Source of the DNA: Nemertoderma westbladi
Lineage: Eukaryota; Animalia; Xenacoelomorpha
NCBI GenBank assembly: GCA_032718475.1
Contig: JAUCBJ010008892.1
Coordinates: 1-40,431 of the forward strand
Direction: 5' to 3'
DNA: 40,431 nucleotides
The translations under genes were made by a program, and so were the position numbers. The notes beneath the pieces are model-generated. The model was not told the DNA's origin. It did no database searches and saw only the letters and a program-made list of their open reading frames with translations. Position 1 is the stretch's first letter. Each line of letters opens with the position of its first letter. Below, in pieces: positions 1 through 12,500 of the stretch.

Positions 1-32
1 AAATCTATTGTGCATATTGTCGGCTTAATAAT

Positions 33-845
33 TTGCACATTTTTGCTGTCTGCCCCCAATTTATGACTCAATGCCATCATTGTCAATTAAAAGGACACGC
101 CAGCTTTGATTGCCCCTTCAACCATGATTTAGAGAGCGTAGATGAAATGATTGTACTACGTTATATCAGAGCTTGGGAAGCGAACGCTGATTTACATTGT
201 GATTCACGCCATCGCTATTATCCTGGACGCGCCTACGAAGGAGTTTATGCGTTCCATCCATATTTGTTTGCCTCCGTCGAGCAGAAATCGCGCCTATCAA
301 GTTATGAACTATTGAAGCGCGTTGGAGAATGTATTTCAACCAAATATGTACGCAAATTCCTCAGGAGCATTAATCCGAGTGACATCAATTCGTATAACTT
401 AATAAACTTTATCCGTCAAGATCCGGCCTATGGAGACTTATTTGTCAACTCACACCCTGAGTTACAGGAAGTATATCGACGGCCTTACGAGTACAGAGCC
501 CGCGAACGCGAGTTGGAAAGAACCATTAAACCAAGGAAGTTTCTAACTGCCTATGGTCCACCCACGGCCCTCGTTCAGACCACTCGTAAAGGACCCGTAA
601 GAGCGGCTGTCTTGAAACGAGCTCTCAAAGCCGTTAGACCCCTCTCCCCCGACGTTGATGTCAATCAACTCGGCACTTCGACTGGCGGATACACCGACCA
701 TAATCCTATACCCTCTGATGCAATCATGTTGCACCCTTCACCCAGGAGTTATAGCCCTCCTTGTAAAGTGGCTCGCCCCAAAGAGAAAAAGACTCTGGCT
801 AGCTTTAAAAAACTGCGTAAACGCCGTCCGCGCATGAAAGACTAA
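33..845 (+). CDS. Unknown ORF with an N-terminal CCHC zinc knuckle and a basic C-terminus; possibly a retroelement gag/ORF1-like protein or a host exon
   Basis: 270-codon ORF in AT-rich DNA; CHHCQLKGHASFDC fits C-x2-C-x4-H-x4-C; C-terminal KKLRKRRPR is NLS-like. First ATG at 63. No RT or other domain recognised next to it. Confidence 0.35.
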   Translation: MHIFAVCPQFMTQCHHCQLKGHASFDCPFNHDLESVDEMIVLRYIRAWEANADLHCDSRHRYYPGRAYEGVYAFHPYLFASVEQKSRLSSYELLKRVGECISTKYVRKFLRSINPSDINSYNLINFIRQDPAYGDLFVNSHPELQEVYRRPYEYRARERELERTIKPRKFLTAYGPPTALVQTTRKGPVRAAVLKRALKAVRPLSPDVDVNQLGTSTGGYTDHNPIPSDAIMLHPSPRSYSPPCKVARPKEKKTLASFKKLRKRRPRMKD

Positions 846-2154
846 CTGTTTAGAGTATTTTCGTATTTGAGAAACTGTGATTTTGTATATTTTATAGACT
901 TAAATCCCATTTTCTGGGAGCGGTGTAAAAGCTTTTGTGGGATAACTGATACGTTTGCCTTTGCTGGCCAGTTCCCCCCCAGGCGCTGGAATACTCTAAA
1001 AAGGTTCTCTAACTGTATATATATTCCCCTCGCCCGCAAGGTACCTTTACAGGTGTTTTAACGGACATAAAAATCATTCTGCTATATACGTGTTTTGGCG
1101 GACATGGTAAGGCAAAAAACTTGTAATGCACCAACTACCTTTCACAGCTTAGCCGTGATGATTCATATTACGACATCTAACAGCTGGTTGCTGACATGGA
1201 AACAGCCATTGGATGTACGGTTCTTTGTTTGGCTTGAGCCAATCAGAGCGATTTTTCCTGTCGACGTGTAGCTTTTCAGTCGATCATAAGGAGAGTGTTC
1301 AGTCTTACTGTTTTTTCTTGATACTTTGTTGTTATTGCTGTCTAAGCCAGAAACACCGGCCTTTTGGGAAGAACTCTAGTAAACTGCTTGAATTATCGAA
1401 AGTATAAACTGTTACCTCAATAAATCACTAATTAACATGCTCACTTAATTTAATTGCATTAATCATATTGTTTTTACTGTTATTTACTGTCAGTTATTAA
1501 TTGTACCTATTTGTTGATGGAAATATTGCTATTTGGATAATACGGATAAATCACCCAATTCCCAATTTTCTTGATAACACTACAGGTTAGAGAGACCGGC
1601 TATACATAACAATTGCGATTTATATTAATGTGGTGTGTATTGAATCCAATGTTATTTAGCAGACCCTACGTGAGTCAATTACTGCTCTCTTTATGTTTGA
1701 TCAAATATACTGACTGTCGGCAGAATAGTGTGTATGATTGTGATTGGTAACAAAGTATTTCCTAAAGAATACGCTTTATACTTTAATCATAAGCAGTATC
1801 GTTGCGTTTAGTATAAGTCTTAGTTCTGTTTAAATAGATAAAGCGCCACGTCCTAAAGGAACTGTTAATATTTCCCGAAAGCCAATAATATCTGTCAGAG
1901 ATTAATTATTAACGATCTATCGAATAATACATTAGGTATACACTGCAACCTTACACTGTAATAATACAATTCAAGCATCCGAATTCAGTCTCCCGGGTGT
2001 AGATCCATCGGGTGAATGATCGCGCATGGGCTGACTTCGGCTAATGTTTTGCGTATTAGCATAAATTATCGTCGTATGCTAAAGTGGTTTTAATTAACTA
2101 AAAGACATATAAATTTTGGCAGGTTAAACTGCTAAAGGTCTTCAAAAGCGCGAA

Positions 2155-2999
2155 CAAAACCCTTCCACTCTGTTTCCTAAATAAATGTCTGTTCACCACC
2201 ATGGCTGATCTTCCACAGTAAACCCTTCCACTCTGTTTCCTAAATGAATGTCTGTTCACCACCATGGGTGATCTTCCACAGTAAACCCTTCCACTCTGTT
2301 TCCTAAATAAATGTCTGTTCACCACCATGGCAGATCTTCCACAGTAAACCCTTCCACTCTGTTTCCTAAATAAATGTCTGTTCACCACCATGGCTGATCT
2401 TCCACAGTAAACCCTTCCACTCTGTTTCCTAAATGAATGTCTGTTCACCACCATGGGTGATCTTCTACAGTAAACCCTTCCACTCTGTTTCCTAAATAAA
2501 TGTCTGTTCACCACCATGGCTGATCTTCCACAGTAAACCCTTCCACTCTTTTTCCTAAAGGAATGCCTGTTCACCACCATGGCTGATCTTCCACAGTAAA
2601 CCCTTCCACTCTGTTTCCTAAATAAATGTCTGTTCACCACCATGGCTGATCTTCCACAGTAAACCCTTCCACTCTATTTCCTAAAGGAATGCCTGTTCAC
2701 CACCATTGGTGATCTTCCACAGTAAAACCTTCCATTCTGTTTCCTGAAGGAATGTCTGTTCACCACCATGGCTGATCTTCCACAGTAAACCCTTCCACTC
2801 TGTTTCCTAAATGAATGTCTGTTCACCACCATGGGTGATCTTCTACAGTAAACCCTCCAAATCTGTTTCCTAAAAGAATGCCTGTTCACCATGGGTGATC
2901 TTATACAGTCAACCCTTCCACTCTGTTTCCTAAAGGAATGCCTGTTCACCACAATAGGTGATCTTTCACAGTAAATCCTTTAACACTGTTTCCTAAAGG
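2155..2999. repeat. 63-bp satellite array A (~13 monomers)
   Basis: Tandem unit like aaacccttccactctgtttcctaaataaatgtctgttcaccaccatggctgatcttccacagt; copies degrade towards 2999. Same family as 9590-18151. Confidence 0.97.
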
Positions 3000-3065
3000 C
3001 CGAAAATCTATGAAAGCCTGTCGGGTTGGTCTAGGTTGCTAAATATTCCTGAACGTTGCTGCTCC

Positions 3066-3110
3066 GTTTGGAATTCGAACTAGGGCCTCTTGGAAGCCCA
3101 GGAATGTACA
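3066..3110 (-). mobile_element. Degenerate tRNA-derived SINE head fragment next to satellite array A
   Basis: ggaattcgaactagggcctcttggaagcccaggaatgt aligns by eye with ggaattgaatacgggcctccagattgtaagtccaggaatgt at 18214-18254; the minus strand has a box-B-like GTTCGAATTCC. Confidence 0.45.
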
Positions 3111-4279
3111 TTCCATATTGATAATATATCGATCGACAAGGTCCCACTGCACTGCGCGCTATAGGTTCTGTGGTTTCCTTTATAATCATTCTATGACTAG
3201 AAAGCCAGAAAGCTGGCTTTAAACGAACCTGCCCCTCAAACCAGTACCATAAGTGAGCGAAAATGAAAACACGATAATTGCCATCAACTCAACGATAGAA
3301 ACACCAGCTGCTGGTACTCATGTGGGCCTAGTAAGCTACTACTATTTATTGAATGGATAGCCCAAACTGCAGAGAAGTATATTACTTGCCAAATTGATTA
3401 CTATCTCACTCTAACCCAGACAGTAATCAAACATCAACTGTAAGTTTGTATAATGTATTACCCCACCAGATGAATACCTCTTCCCAGTGACACATCTTCC
3501 CAGAGAGTGCCAAGGTGACAAGTAGTATATTAACCAGTAGAGGGAAGGGAGGCACGTGATAGGGGACTGGAAAGCATCCATTGGGTAGAAGGCCAAAGTA
3601 GAGTAGGAGGTGAAGCAATATTCAGTGTATCAATCATATATTATCTCAGGTTGTTAGATTGTATTATTCAGTTTATTAGTGCAGACCGGTCATAATTATT
3701 GACCGTCATCGACACCATTATACCGGTAACTATATCTGTATTTCTGCTACTTAATCGTGCTATCATCAGATATTTTCTAACATCAAGAGACAACAATAAC
3801 TCTATTGTTTTTCCCCAACGGCCTCGGCCAAAGCTGTTAGCACCATCCCCAAGCAGAACGGTGACGCGTACTTCAATTACCCGGTCGGGATCCCTGATCC
3901 CGTCACAAATCTATAAGGTTACTCACTGCTATGTTAGGTGGGAGGGAGTTGATGATAATGAATGAGGAGGGACACAACTAATACTACGTTTGTCTATATG
4001 GACGGTCTCCTTACAGCCAGCTGGCTGGCTTTTCTAGTTGAATCATATTATTCCGCAACTAAATTTAATTTACTCTTTTAGACGAATTTGTGCGTTTTTT
4101 TGCCGGACTAACAAATTTTGGCGACGTTCTGTTCGAGATTGGCGATATTTGAAAAGATTCTGAAGCTCAAATATGTTGCTCAGATGACTGAATATCTCAA
4201 ATAAAAAAGTTGGTGCCTTAAAATCGGTGAAATTCGACTTTAAATTTTCAAAACCGCTACTTTTCAGTGACCCCGTGAT

Positions 4280-4476
4280 CGAAACGCCACAAAAAATATA
4301 CAGTCTTGTGCGCAACCAAAATTTATGGAGAGTTTGTTATTAAAAGTTTTGCGTACCTGCTTGAGTTTTTGAGATATTGGATGGTTATACATACACACAC
4401 AACCACATCATGTTTTTAAACGGCTCAACTCTTGACAAGAACTACCCTGGCCTATTAATAGGCAGGTTCGTTATAA
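4280..4476 (-). mobile_element. Possible end of a non-autonomous Helentron/HINE (DINE-1-like) element
   Basis: Hairpin cctggcctattaataggcagg (~4446-4466), nearby catacacacac microsatellite and a gtttttgagatat block; this layout resembles HINE ends. No second end identified. Confidence 0.3.
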
Positions 4477-5851
4477 TAAATTTTCATGGCATGGAAAACT
4501 CTTTATACTAAAAGGGAACAGCTAGCAGAGGGCCTATGGAAGATGTAAAAGTCATTTTATAAGTCCGAGACCGATTTATAGACTATTAAATATACGATTA
4601 AATACTTTATGAAAGAATATTAGGACAATTATGTAACTCATTACACAAAGACAAAAGTTAGCGAAGTATAACAAAGAATTCGATTCATTGCCAAGTTATG
4701 GGCTTAGTAGCAATGTGGTGGTCGTTGGTTAAAAGTTTATGATTGACAATAATTAATCATTTATGACTTCATATTGGCATGTCCTTCCTGTAAGAAATCA
4801 GGACATATATTGTATGAAATATGGTTCTGGTCAACCTAATAACTCCAATAATTTATTTTATAAGTACAAGTACAAGTACAATTATTATTTTTATAATAAC
4901 TACCACTATTTGACGCTTTCAATTAATTTAAACGTTTACTTTTTTAATAGGAAGGTTGCAGAGAGTAGAAAAAAGTACGCAGGAAAAAACGAAACATATT
5001 ACATTTGCAATGAAGTAAAATTTGTATAGAATGGGTTGAAGGGAAGGTTGGAGAGTTTGACTGTATCGACCCACCCAAATAAGATGCATTGCTGCCTCCG
5101 TGTCTCTCATGCTCTGCTCTGCATCTCATCGACACAGCAAATTTACAGCAGATAGTCCACCACAAAAATGACAAGGAATGTAGCAAGCGTTTTACATTGA
5201 AAAACATCCCACAATAATTTAAATCGCTCTGTGTCACCGCCTTTTTAAAGAACAAAAATGTTGTCGTTTGAGAGTTTTTTCCAAATTTATTACGGTCCAA
5301 CTTTCGTGCAGTAATTCTTGCAAAATAAAGTTGCTATCAATTTAACGCCGTTGATACATCATATTTGCATCTTTAGCAGTAGTTGATTTCATCAACAACA
5401 CCTGCTCGGATCTGCTAGCTCCTCCTTTCAGGTTTCAATATGGTCATGGGTTGGTGGCATTATCTACATGTAGGCCTAGCTGTGTACTAACATATCGAAA
5501 GGCTGAATATTATACTGTAGATGGATAATTTGGATCGATTTTTGGATAAAAATGTCAAATCGCTATAGTATAGAACATGGAATGAAATGAGCGTCCATTA
5601 GACATGGACACTACTACAGCAGGAGAGACCAAAATGTATGGTATTTGAAATGTTGTGTCATTGCATTAAGACGCTACATAATATTCCGAGACATGGTTTA
5701 TGATGGATGATATACCGTATTAGTTAGAAACGCAAGGTCATCTGAGTAGGTTGAACTCAAATATGGTGTGTAGAAACGGAAGGTGAGCAGGTTGAATTGA
5801 AATAAAGTAAGTAGAAAATCAAGGGAAATAAAGTGGGTGTAATATACGAAA

Positions 5852-6106
5852 CTAACAGCATGTTGCTGGGATGACGTCACGTCTACGACGTTTTGGCTCT
5901 CCTTCTTCTTCGACGACGACAGTTGTGGTTTCCGGCCAGAAGACGAAGGTTCCGTAACCCTCATCCGTGTCACAAACACAGACACCGTCTAGGCAGTTAG
6001 AGTTGCCTATGATGTTTGTACATTCAACCTTATTGGCACATTCAGTTCCCAGAGGCGTAGCTGCTGTCCCATCGGCCACGCAGATACAAATAATCAACGT
6101 TAACCA
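5852..6106 (-). CDS. Last coding exon of a small secreted cysteine-rich (EB-module/EGF-like) protein
   Basis: Acceptor ttatcattacAG at 6109-6107, then WLTLIICICVADG (signal-peptide-like end), LGTECANKVECTNIIGNSNCLDGVCVCDTDEGY (EB-module-like Cys spacing), KRRRR, stop at 5852. Upstream exon with ATG not located. Confidence 0.55.
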   Translation of the reverse strand, partial: WLTLIICICVADGTAATPLGTECANKVECTNIIGNSNCLDGVCVCDTDEGYGTFVFWPETTTVVVEEEGEPKRRRRDVIPATCC

Positions 6107-6201
6107 CTGTAATGATAAAAAGTCTATTTGTGAATCAAAAATGTCAGTTATTGTATTGTATTCATATAATATTTATATATCTGACTCAATTATTTCAGAT
6201 A

Positions 6202-6230
6202 GGGGGGGGGGGGGGGGGGGGGGGGGGGGG
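6202..6230. repeat. G29 homopolymer (also C23 at 33049-33071 and G19 at 39188-39206)
   Basis: Read directly from the sequence. Confidence 0.9.
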
Positions 6231-7035
6231 TGGAACCCTCCTCCCCAGGAAAACATCAATGCAAATAGCAGCTGATGATTACGCGAAATAAATATTACTG
6301 TAACCTGTTCTATTGACTTTAGTTTATTGTTTTGGTATGAATAACCTGTATAACAGAAGATGTTGAAGTATATATATATTGAGGTGAATAACAGAGATAT
6401 GAGATTTGCGTCATTAGTTGTAACCCCTCTCTCCAATTTTCGTAATTTCAATTTCAATTTCGTTCGATATTTCGTATATTTTACAACAATTAGGGATATA
6501 TACCGCCGATTATTGAGGATAGTTTACTGTTTGTTTAATCCGGCTATTGGATTGCTGCTCTATAACTCAGACTGGTGTTGGTTCGACTCATCGCACACAT
6601 GTTGCCGCATATTATTAAATACCGCGCGAATAGTTACAATAGTATGAAGATAGGAGGGGCCATAAATAACAGCAGTTACTGAGTTACGTAAAATGCGCAA
6701 AATAGCTTTACTTCACTATTTAAAGGATCATTGGATTTTGGAATGCACATGGGGTGTAATTGCGTTTTAAAATTAAATGATGAAATCCAGACCGATGCCT
6801 CATATCAAACACCGCCAGAATATTTTGGGAAAACGTCCGACTAATAGAGCCATATTAATTATTAATAACACTTAATATATACTTGTATTGAAATTCCGAA
6901 TAATTTTTTAAAATTAAAAAATAGGATTACCCGTTGCGAAGCTAACTACATAAAATAGTTTAGATATAAATATATTTTAAAACTACATTTAGAATTTGTT
7001 AAATAAATTACAGTATCTACATTATTTTTGTTGAC

Positions 7036-8109
7036 ATGAAGACATTTTTTGAAGGATCACATAACACCGAAGGATTGGTAGTAGGGAATAAAACCCGCGA
7101 TAATAAACGACTACGATTGGTTGATAAGAACGGACACACCAACATCACCGAGCATCATGTCCCACACCGGGGAAGTCGATATCTAAACGATTTCTTCACC
7201 ACCATCGTCGATACCAGTTGGAGGATCTTGCTGACGGCTTTCGCGACCGCTTTCCTATCCAGTTGGTTGATGTTCGGGACGATGTGGTGGCTTATCGCGG
7301 TGCTACACAACGATACTTCCGATAACGTTGACGCACCTTGCGTTGACAACGTCCACACCTTCTTAGGTGCTTTCCTCTTTAGTTTAGAGACTCAAACCAC
7401 TATCGGATACGGAAGTCGTGGAATTACAGAAGAGTGTCCAGAGGCAACTGCCTTACTCCTGCTGCAGAGCATCTTGAGTTACGTGATTAAAGGTCTTGCG
7501 GTCGCGTGTGTTTGCGCGAAGATCTCATGCAGCAAACAACGCTGTCAGACTCTCGTATTCAGTAAGAACGCTTGCATTGCCCATCGAGATGGACGGCTTT
7601 GTCTGATGCTCAGGGTCGGAGACATCGGAGAGACACCTCTAACGGAAGCGCACGTCAGGTGTTACTTTGTTACGGATAAGATGACAGATGAAGGGGAAGT
7701 GATACCGCTCTGTTACCAGGACATGGCTGTTGGGTTCAGCAGCGGTGCTGATCGTGTCGTTCTTGCAGTACCTGAGACCGTGGTTCATACCATAACCGCT
7801 GATAGTCCGCTGTATAAAATGTCCCACAAAGAAATACAAATGGAAGATTTCGAGATAATTTTTATTTTGGAAGGGACAGTTGAGAGCACAGGAAATGGGC
7901 TGCAAACGCGGACCAGTTATCTACCAGATGAGATCCTGTGGGGATGTCGTTTTGAGGCGATGAGTAAACCGCGGGGTCATTTAGTTGATTTCTCGGAATT
8001 CGATTCGGTCTACCATGTGGACACCCCGGAATGGAGTAGCGAACGTCACGAGCAACTCACCGGACATATTTCCCTGGCGCTGGATGCTGGAAGAAGTTGG
8101 ATTGGGTAA
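7036..8109 (+). CDS. Inward-rectifier potassium channel (Kir/KCNJ family), single coding exon, 357 aa
   Basis: RLVDKNGHTNI, DFFTTIVD, TM1, PCV..V, FLFSLETQTTIGYGSR selectivity filter, ITEECP, TM2, TLVFSKNA, EGEVIPL, FEIIFILEGTVESTG, QTRTSYLPDEILWG: all hallmark Kir motifs in order. Subfamily cannot be assigned by eye. Confidence 0.96.
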   Translation: MKTFFEGSHNTEGLVVGNKTRDNKRLRLVDKNGHTNITEHHVPHRGSRYLNDFFTTIVDTSWRILLTAFATAFLSSWLMFGTMWWLIAVLHNDTSDNVDAPCVDNVHTFLGAFLFSLETQTTIGYGSRGITEECPEATALLLLQSILSYVIKGLAVACVCAKISCSKQRCQTLVFSKNACIAHRDGRLCLMLRVGDIGETPLTEAHVRCYFVTDKMTDEGEVIPLCYQDMAVGFSSGADRVVLAVPETVVHTITADSPLYKMSHKEIQMEDFEIIFILEGTVESTGNGLQTRTSYLPDEILWGCRFEAMSKPRGHLVDFSEFDSVYHVDTPEWSSERHEQLTGHISLALDAGRSWIG

Positions 8110-9069
8110 TGCTATCCAGGCTTTACAAAGCAACGTTATTTACGACAATAACTTGTTTGTGAAATTTGGTTGCCGAATTTCTTAAATTATTTTTATTTAT
8201 TACGGAATTTATTACTGAGCTCTAAGGCCTTCGTCTAATGTGTAGCAAAAGTTGGTGGGCCACCACCATGAACAGGTTCGCTATCATACCATGACTACCC
8301 TCCCCAAATACCATCGTGTAGTGTAAGTAACAAGGCATAATTATTGCCTACCGACTGTTATCGCTGAGACAAAAATTATTGCTGTACACAGAGACATTTG
8401 GAAAACGGCACGTTGGACCTAAAATGTTCCAACTATGTTTCAATTTTCTTTCAAATAACAGAGACATATTATAGGTACTCCGCGCGCGAATAATCTCTCT
8501 CATCACAACCATTTATGGTAATAAATTTTAGTTAATAATTTTACAATATTAATTTGTTTAGCCTATAATTTTTTACTATCATAAATTTGTTAAAAATAAC
8601 ACTTGTTTTTTCAAAATTGGACCCCATTATTTTTACTTAAAATATTTTTTTACTGATATTTCTTATCGCCGCATAAATTCGGTAAATAACGCTTCAAAAT
8701 GCCTCATAAAACTCCTTAATAGCATTACAGCACCTATTAATTATCGTAGGCCTATTATCTGTTTGTATTCATCGCTATATTGTATGTTAGTGATGTAATT
8801 TAATATAATAATAATTTCTTAAGGAAATAATCACCTGAATTAAGATCGTTGCTTTTTCAGTTGCCATGTAGTTTACGTACCAAACAAGATTGGCCAATAA
8901 ACTATTGTGTTTTTTAGATAAATAATATAATAGGCCTAAGAATAAGAATTCTTTGTCAAAACGACCGATTTCGTTTTCTTTAAGATAAAACCACAAACAT
9001 ACTTTAATTTGATCTGCTAGCTACCATTTGCTATCGTAGAATTACCATTTTTTTTACATCAAATTTCAA

Positions 9070-9142
9070 CATTACAATTAATACTACAGTACAGTAGAAA
9101 CCATTACAATTAATACTACAGTACAGTAGAAACTATTACAAT
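9070..9142. repeat. 32-bp tandem duplication (~2.3 copies)
   Basis: cattacaattaatactacagtacagtagaaac repeated directly. Confidence 0.85.
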
Positions 9143-9589
9143 ACTTAGGTACCGTACAAGTACCGAGCTCTAACAACCCTAACGATTTTGAGAAAAATAT
9201 GCGAACTGAAATATTCCAGACTTACGCGTACACATTATGAGCACAGATTAAATTCAGCGGAACAAATAAATTGTATTTATGTGAATTATACTGTTGATAA
9301 CACACATGTTGTGGAGTGCATTCTGTATAGGGAATACTTAATATCTATAATAAACTTAACTCCCATCTCTATAATCACAGGAATCACCTAGCAACATCTT
9401 ATTAATAATGTAAAACCAATATTTATACCCATCACACCAATCCATGCACAAGTTATTATTAGTTGTTGCTGATGTGTCCCACCTGCTAATATATTGGCCC
9501 TTTGTAGCGATCTGTTTATAATGATTACATAGAACCAATTACTTTCGTACAAGTAAATGATTGAGGGAATCTTTTAGGCTCATTACGTC

Positions 9590-12500
9590 AAGGAAAGCCT
9601 GTTCACCACCATGGGTGATCTTCCACAGTAAACCCTTCCACTCTGTTTCATAAAGGAATACCTGTTCACCACCATGGATGATCTTCCACAGTAAACCCTT
9701 CCACTCTGTTTCCTAAAGGAAAGCCTGTTCACCACCATGGGTGATCTTCCACAGTAAACCCTTCCACTCTGTTTCATAAAGGAATACCTGTTCACCACCA
9801 TGGGTGATCTTCCACAGTAAACCCTTCCACTCTGTTCCCTAAAGGAATGCCTGTTCTCCACCATGGATGATCTTCCACAGTAAACCCTTCCACTCTGTTT
9901 CCTAAAGGAATGCCTGTTCACCACCATGGGTGATCTTCCACAGTAAACCCTTCCACTCTGTTCCCTAAAGGAATGCCTGTTCTCCACCATGGATGATCTT
10001 CCACAGTAAACCCTTCCACTCTGTTTCTAAAGGAATGCCTGTTCACCACCATGGATGATCTTCCACAGTAAACCCTTCCACTCTGTTTCTAAAGGAATGC
10101 CTGTTCACCACCATGGGTGATCTTCCACAGTAAACCCTTCCACTCTGTTCCCTAAAGGAATGCCTGTTCTCCACCATGGATGATCTTCCACAGTAAACCC
10201 TTCCACTCTGTTTCTAAAGGAATGCCTGTTCACCACCATGGATGATCTTCCACAGTAAACCCTTCCACTCTGTTTCCCAAAGGAATGCCTGTTCACCACC
10301 ATGGGTGATCTTCCACAGTAAACCCTTCCACTCTGTTCCCTAAAGGAATGCCTGTTCTCCACCATGGATGATCTTCCACAGTAAACCCTTCCACTCTGTT
10401 TCTAAAGGAATGCCTGTTCACCACCATGGATGATCTTCCACAGTAAACCCTTCCACTCTGTTTCTAAAGGAATGCCTGTTCACCACCATGGCTGAACTTC
10501 CACAGTAAACCCTTCCACTCTGTTTCTAAAGGAATGCCTGTTCACCACCATGGATGATCTTCCACAGTAAACCCTTCCACTCTGTTTCTAAAGGAATGCC
10601 TGTTAACCACCATGGATGATCTTCCACAGTAAACCCTTCCACTCTGTTTCTAAAGGAATGCCTGTTAACCACCATGGATGATCTTCCACAGTAAACCCTT
10701 CCACTCTGTTTCTAAAGGAATGCCTGTTCACCACCATGGATGATCTTCCACAGTAAACCCTTCCACTCTGTTTCTAAAGGAATGCCTGTTCACCACCATG
10801 GATGATCTTCCACAGTAAACCCTTCCACTCTGTTTCTAAAGGAATGCCTGTTCACCACCATGGATGATCTTCCACAGTAAACCCTTCCACTCTGTTTCTA
10901 AAGGAATGCCTGTTCACCACCATGGATGATCTTCCACAGTAAACCCTTCCACTCTGTTTCTAAAGGAATGCCTGTTCACCACCATGGATGATCTTCCACA
11001 GTAAACCCTTCCACTCTGTTTCTAAAGGAATGCCTGTTAACCACCATGGATGATCTTCCACAGTAAACCCTTCCACTCTGTTTCTAAAGGAATGCCTGTT
11101 CACCACCATGGATGATCTTCCACAGTAAACCCTTCCACTCTGTTTCTAAAGGAATGCCTGTTCACCACCATGGATGATCTTCCACAGTAAACCCTTCCAC
11201 TCTGTTTCTAAAGGAATGCCTGTTCACCACCATGGATGAACTTCCACAGTAAACCCTTCCACTCTGTTTCTAAAGGAATGCCTGTTCACCACCATGGATG
11301 ATCTTCCACAGTAAACCCTTCCACTCTGTTTCTAAAGGAATGCCTGTTAACCACCATGGATGATCTTCCACAGTAAACCCTTCCACTCTGTTTCTAAAGG
11401 AATGCCTGTTAACCACCATGGATGATCTTCCACAGTAAACCCTTCCACTCTGTTTCTAAAGGAATGCCTGTTCACCACCATGGATGATCTTCCACAGTAA
11501 ACCCTTCCACTCTGTTTCTAAAGGAATGCCTGTTCACCACCATGGATGATCTTCCACAGTAAACCCTTCCACTCTGTTTCTAAAGGAATGCCTGTTCACC
11601 ACCATGGATGATCTTCCACAGTAAACCCTTCCACTCTGTTTCTAAAGGAATGCCTGTTCACCACCATGGATGATCTTCCACAGTAAACCCTTCCACTCTG
11701 TTTCTAAAGGAATGCCTGTTCACCACCATGGATGATCTTCCACAGTAAACCCTTCCACTCTGTTTCTAAAGGAATGCCTGTTAACCACCATGGATGATCT
11801 TCCACAGTAAACCCTTCCACTCTGTTTCTAAAGGAATGCCTGTTCACCACCATGGATGATCTTCCACAGTAAACCCTTCCACTCTGTTTCTAAAGGAATG
11901 CCTGTTCACCACCATGGATGATCTTCCACAGTAAACCCTTCCACTCTGTTTCTAAAGGAATGCCTGTTAACCACCATGGATGATCTTCCACAGTAAACCC
12001 TTCCACTCTGTTTCTAAAGGAATGCCTGTTCACCACCATGGATGATCTTCCACAGTAAACCCTTCCACTCTGTTTCTAAAGGAATGCCTGTTCACCACCA
12101 CGGGTGATCTTCCACAGTAAACCCTTCCACTCTGTTTCTAAAGGAATGCCTGTTCACCACCATGGATGATCTTCCACAGTAAACCCTTCCACTCTGTTTC
12201 TAAAGGAATGCCTGTTCACCACCATGGATGATCTTCCACAGTAAACCCTTCCACTCTGTTTCTAAAGGAATGCCTGTTCACCACCACGGGTGATCTTCCA
12301 CAGTAAACCCTTCCACTCTGTTCCCTAAAGGAATGCCTGTTCTCCACCATGGATGATCTTCCACAGTAAACCCTTCCACTCTGTTTCTAAAGGAATGCCT
12401 GTTCACCACCACGGGTGATCTTCCACAGTAAACCCTTCCACTCTGTTTCCTAAAGGAATGCCTGTTCTCCACCATGGATGATCTTCCACAGTAAACCCTT

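Noticed and set aside
6202-6230. Poly-G/C tracts as functional G-quadruplex elements
   Set aside because: Simple homopolymers of uncertain sequenced length with no supporting context.
6268-6301. ctgatga...gaaa motif resembling a hammerhead core
   Set aside because: The segment between (ttacgc) forms no stem II, stem III does not pair and stem I is only ~4 bp.
7036-8109. Intronless Kir as evidence of a retrocopy or horizontal transfer
   Set aside because: Many animal Kir genes have a single coding exon; no poly(A) tail or TSD is visible.
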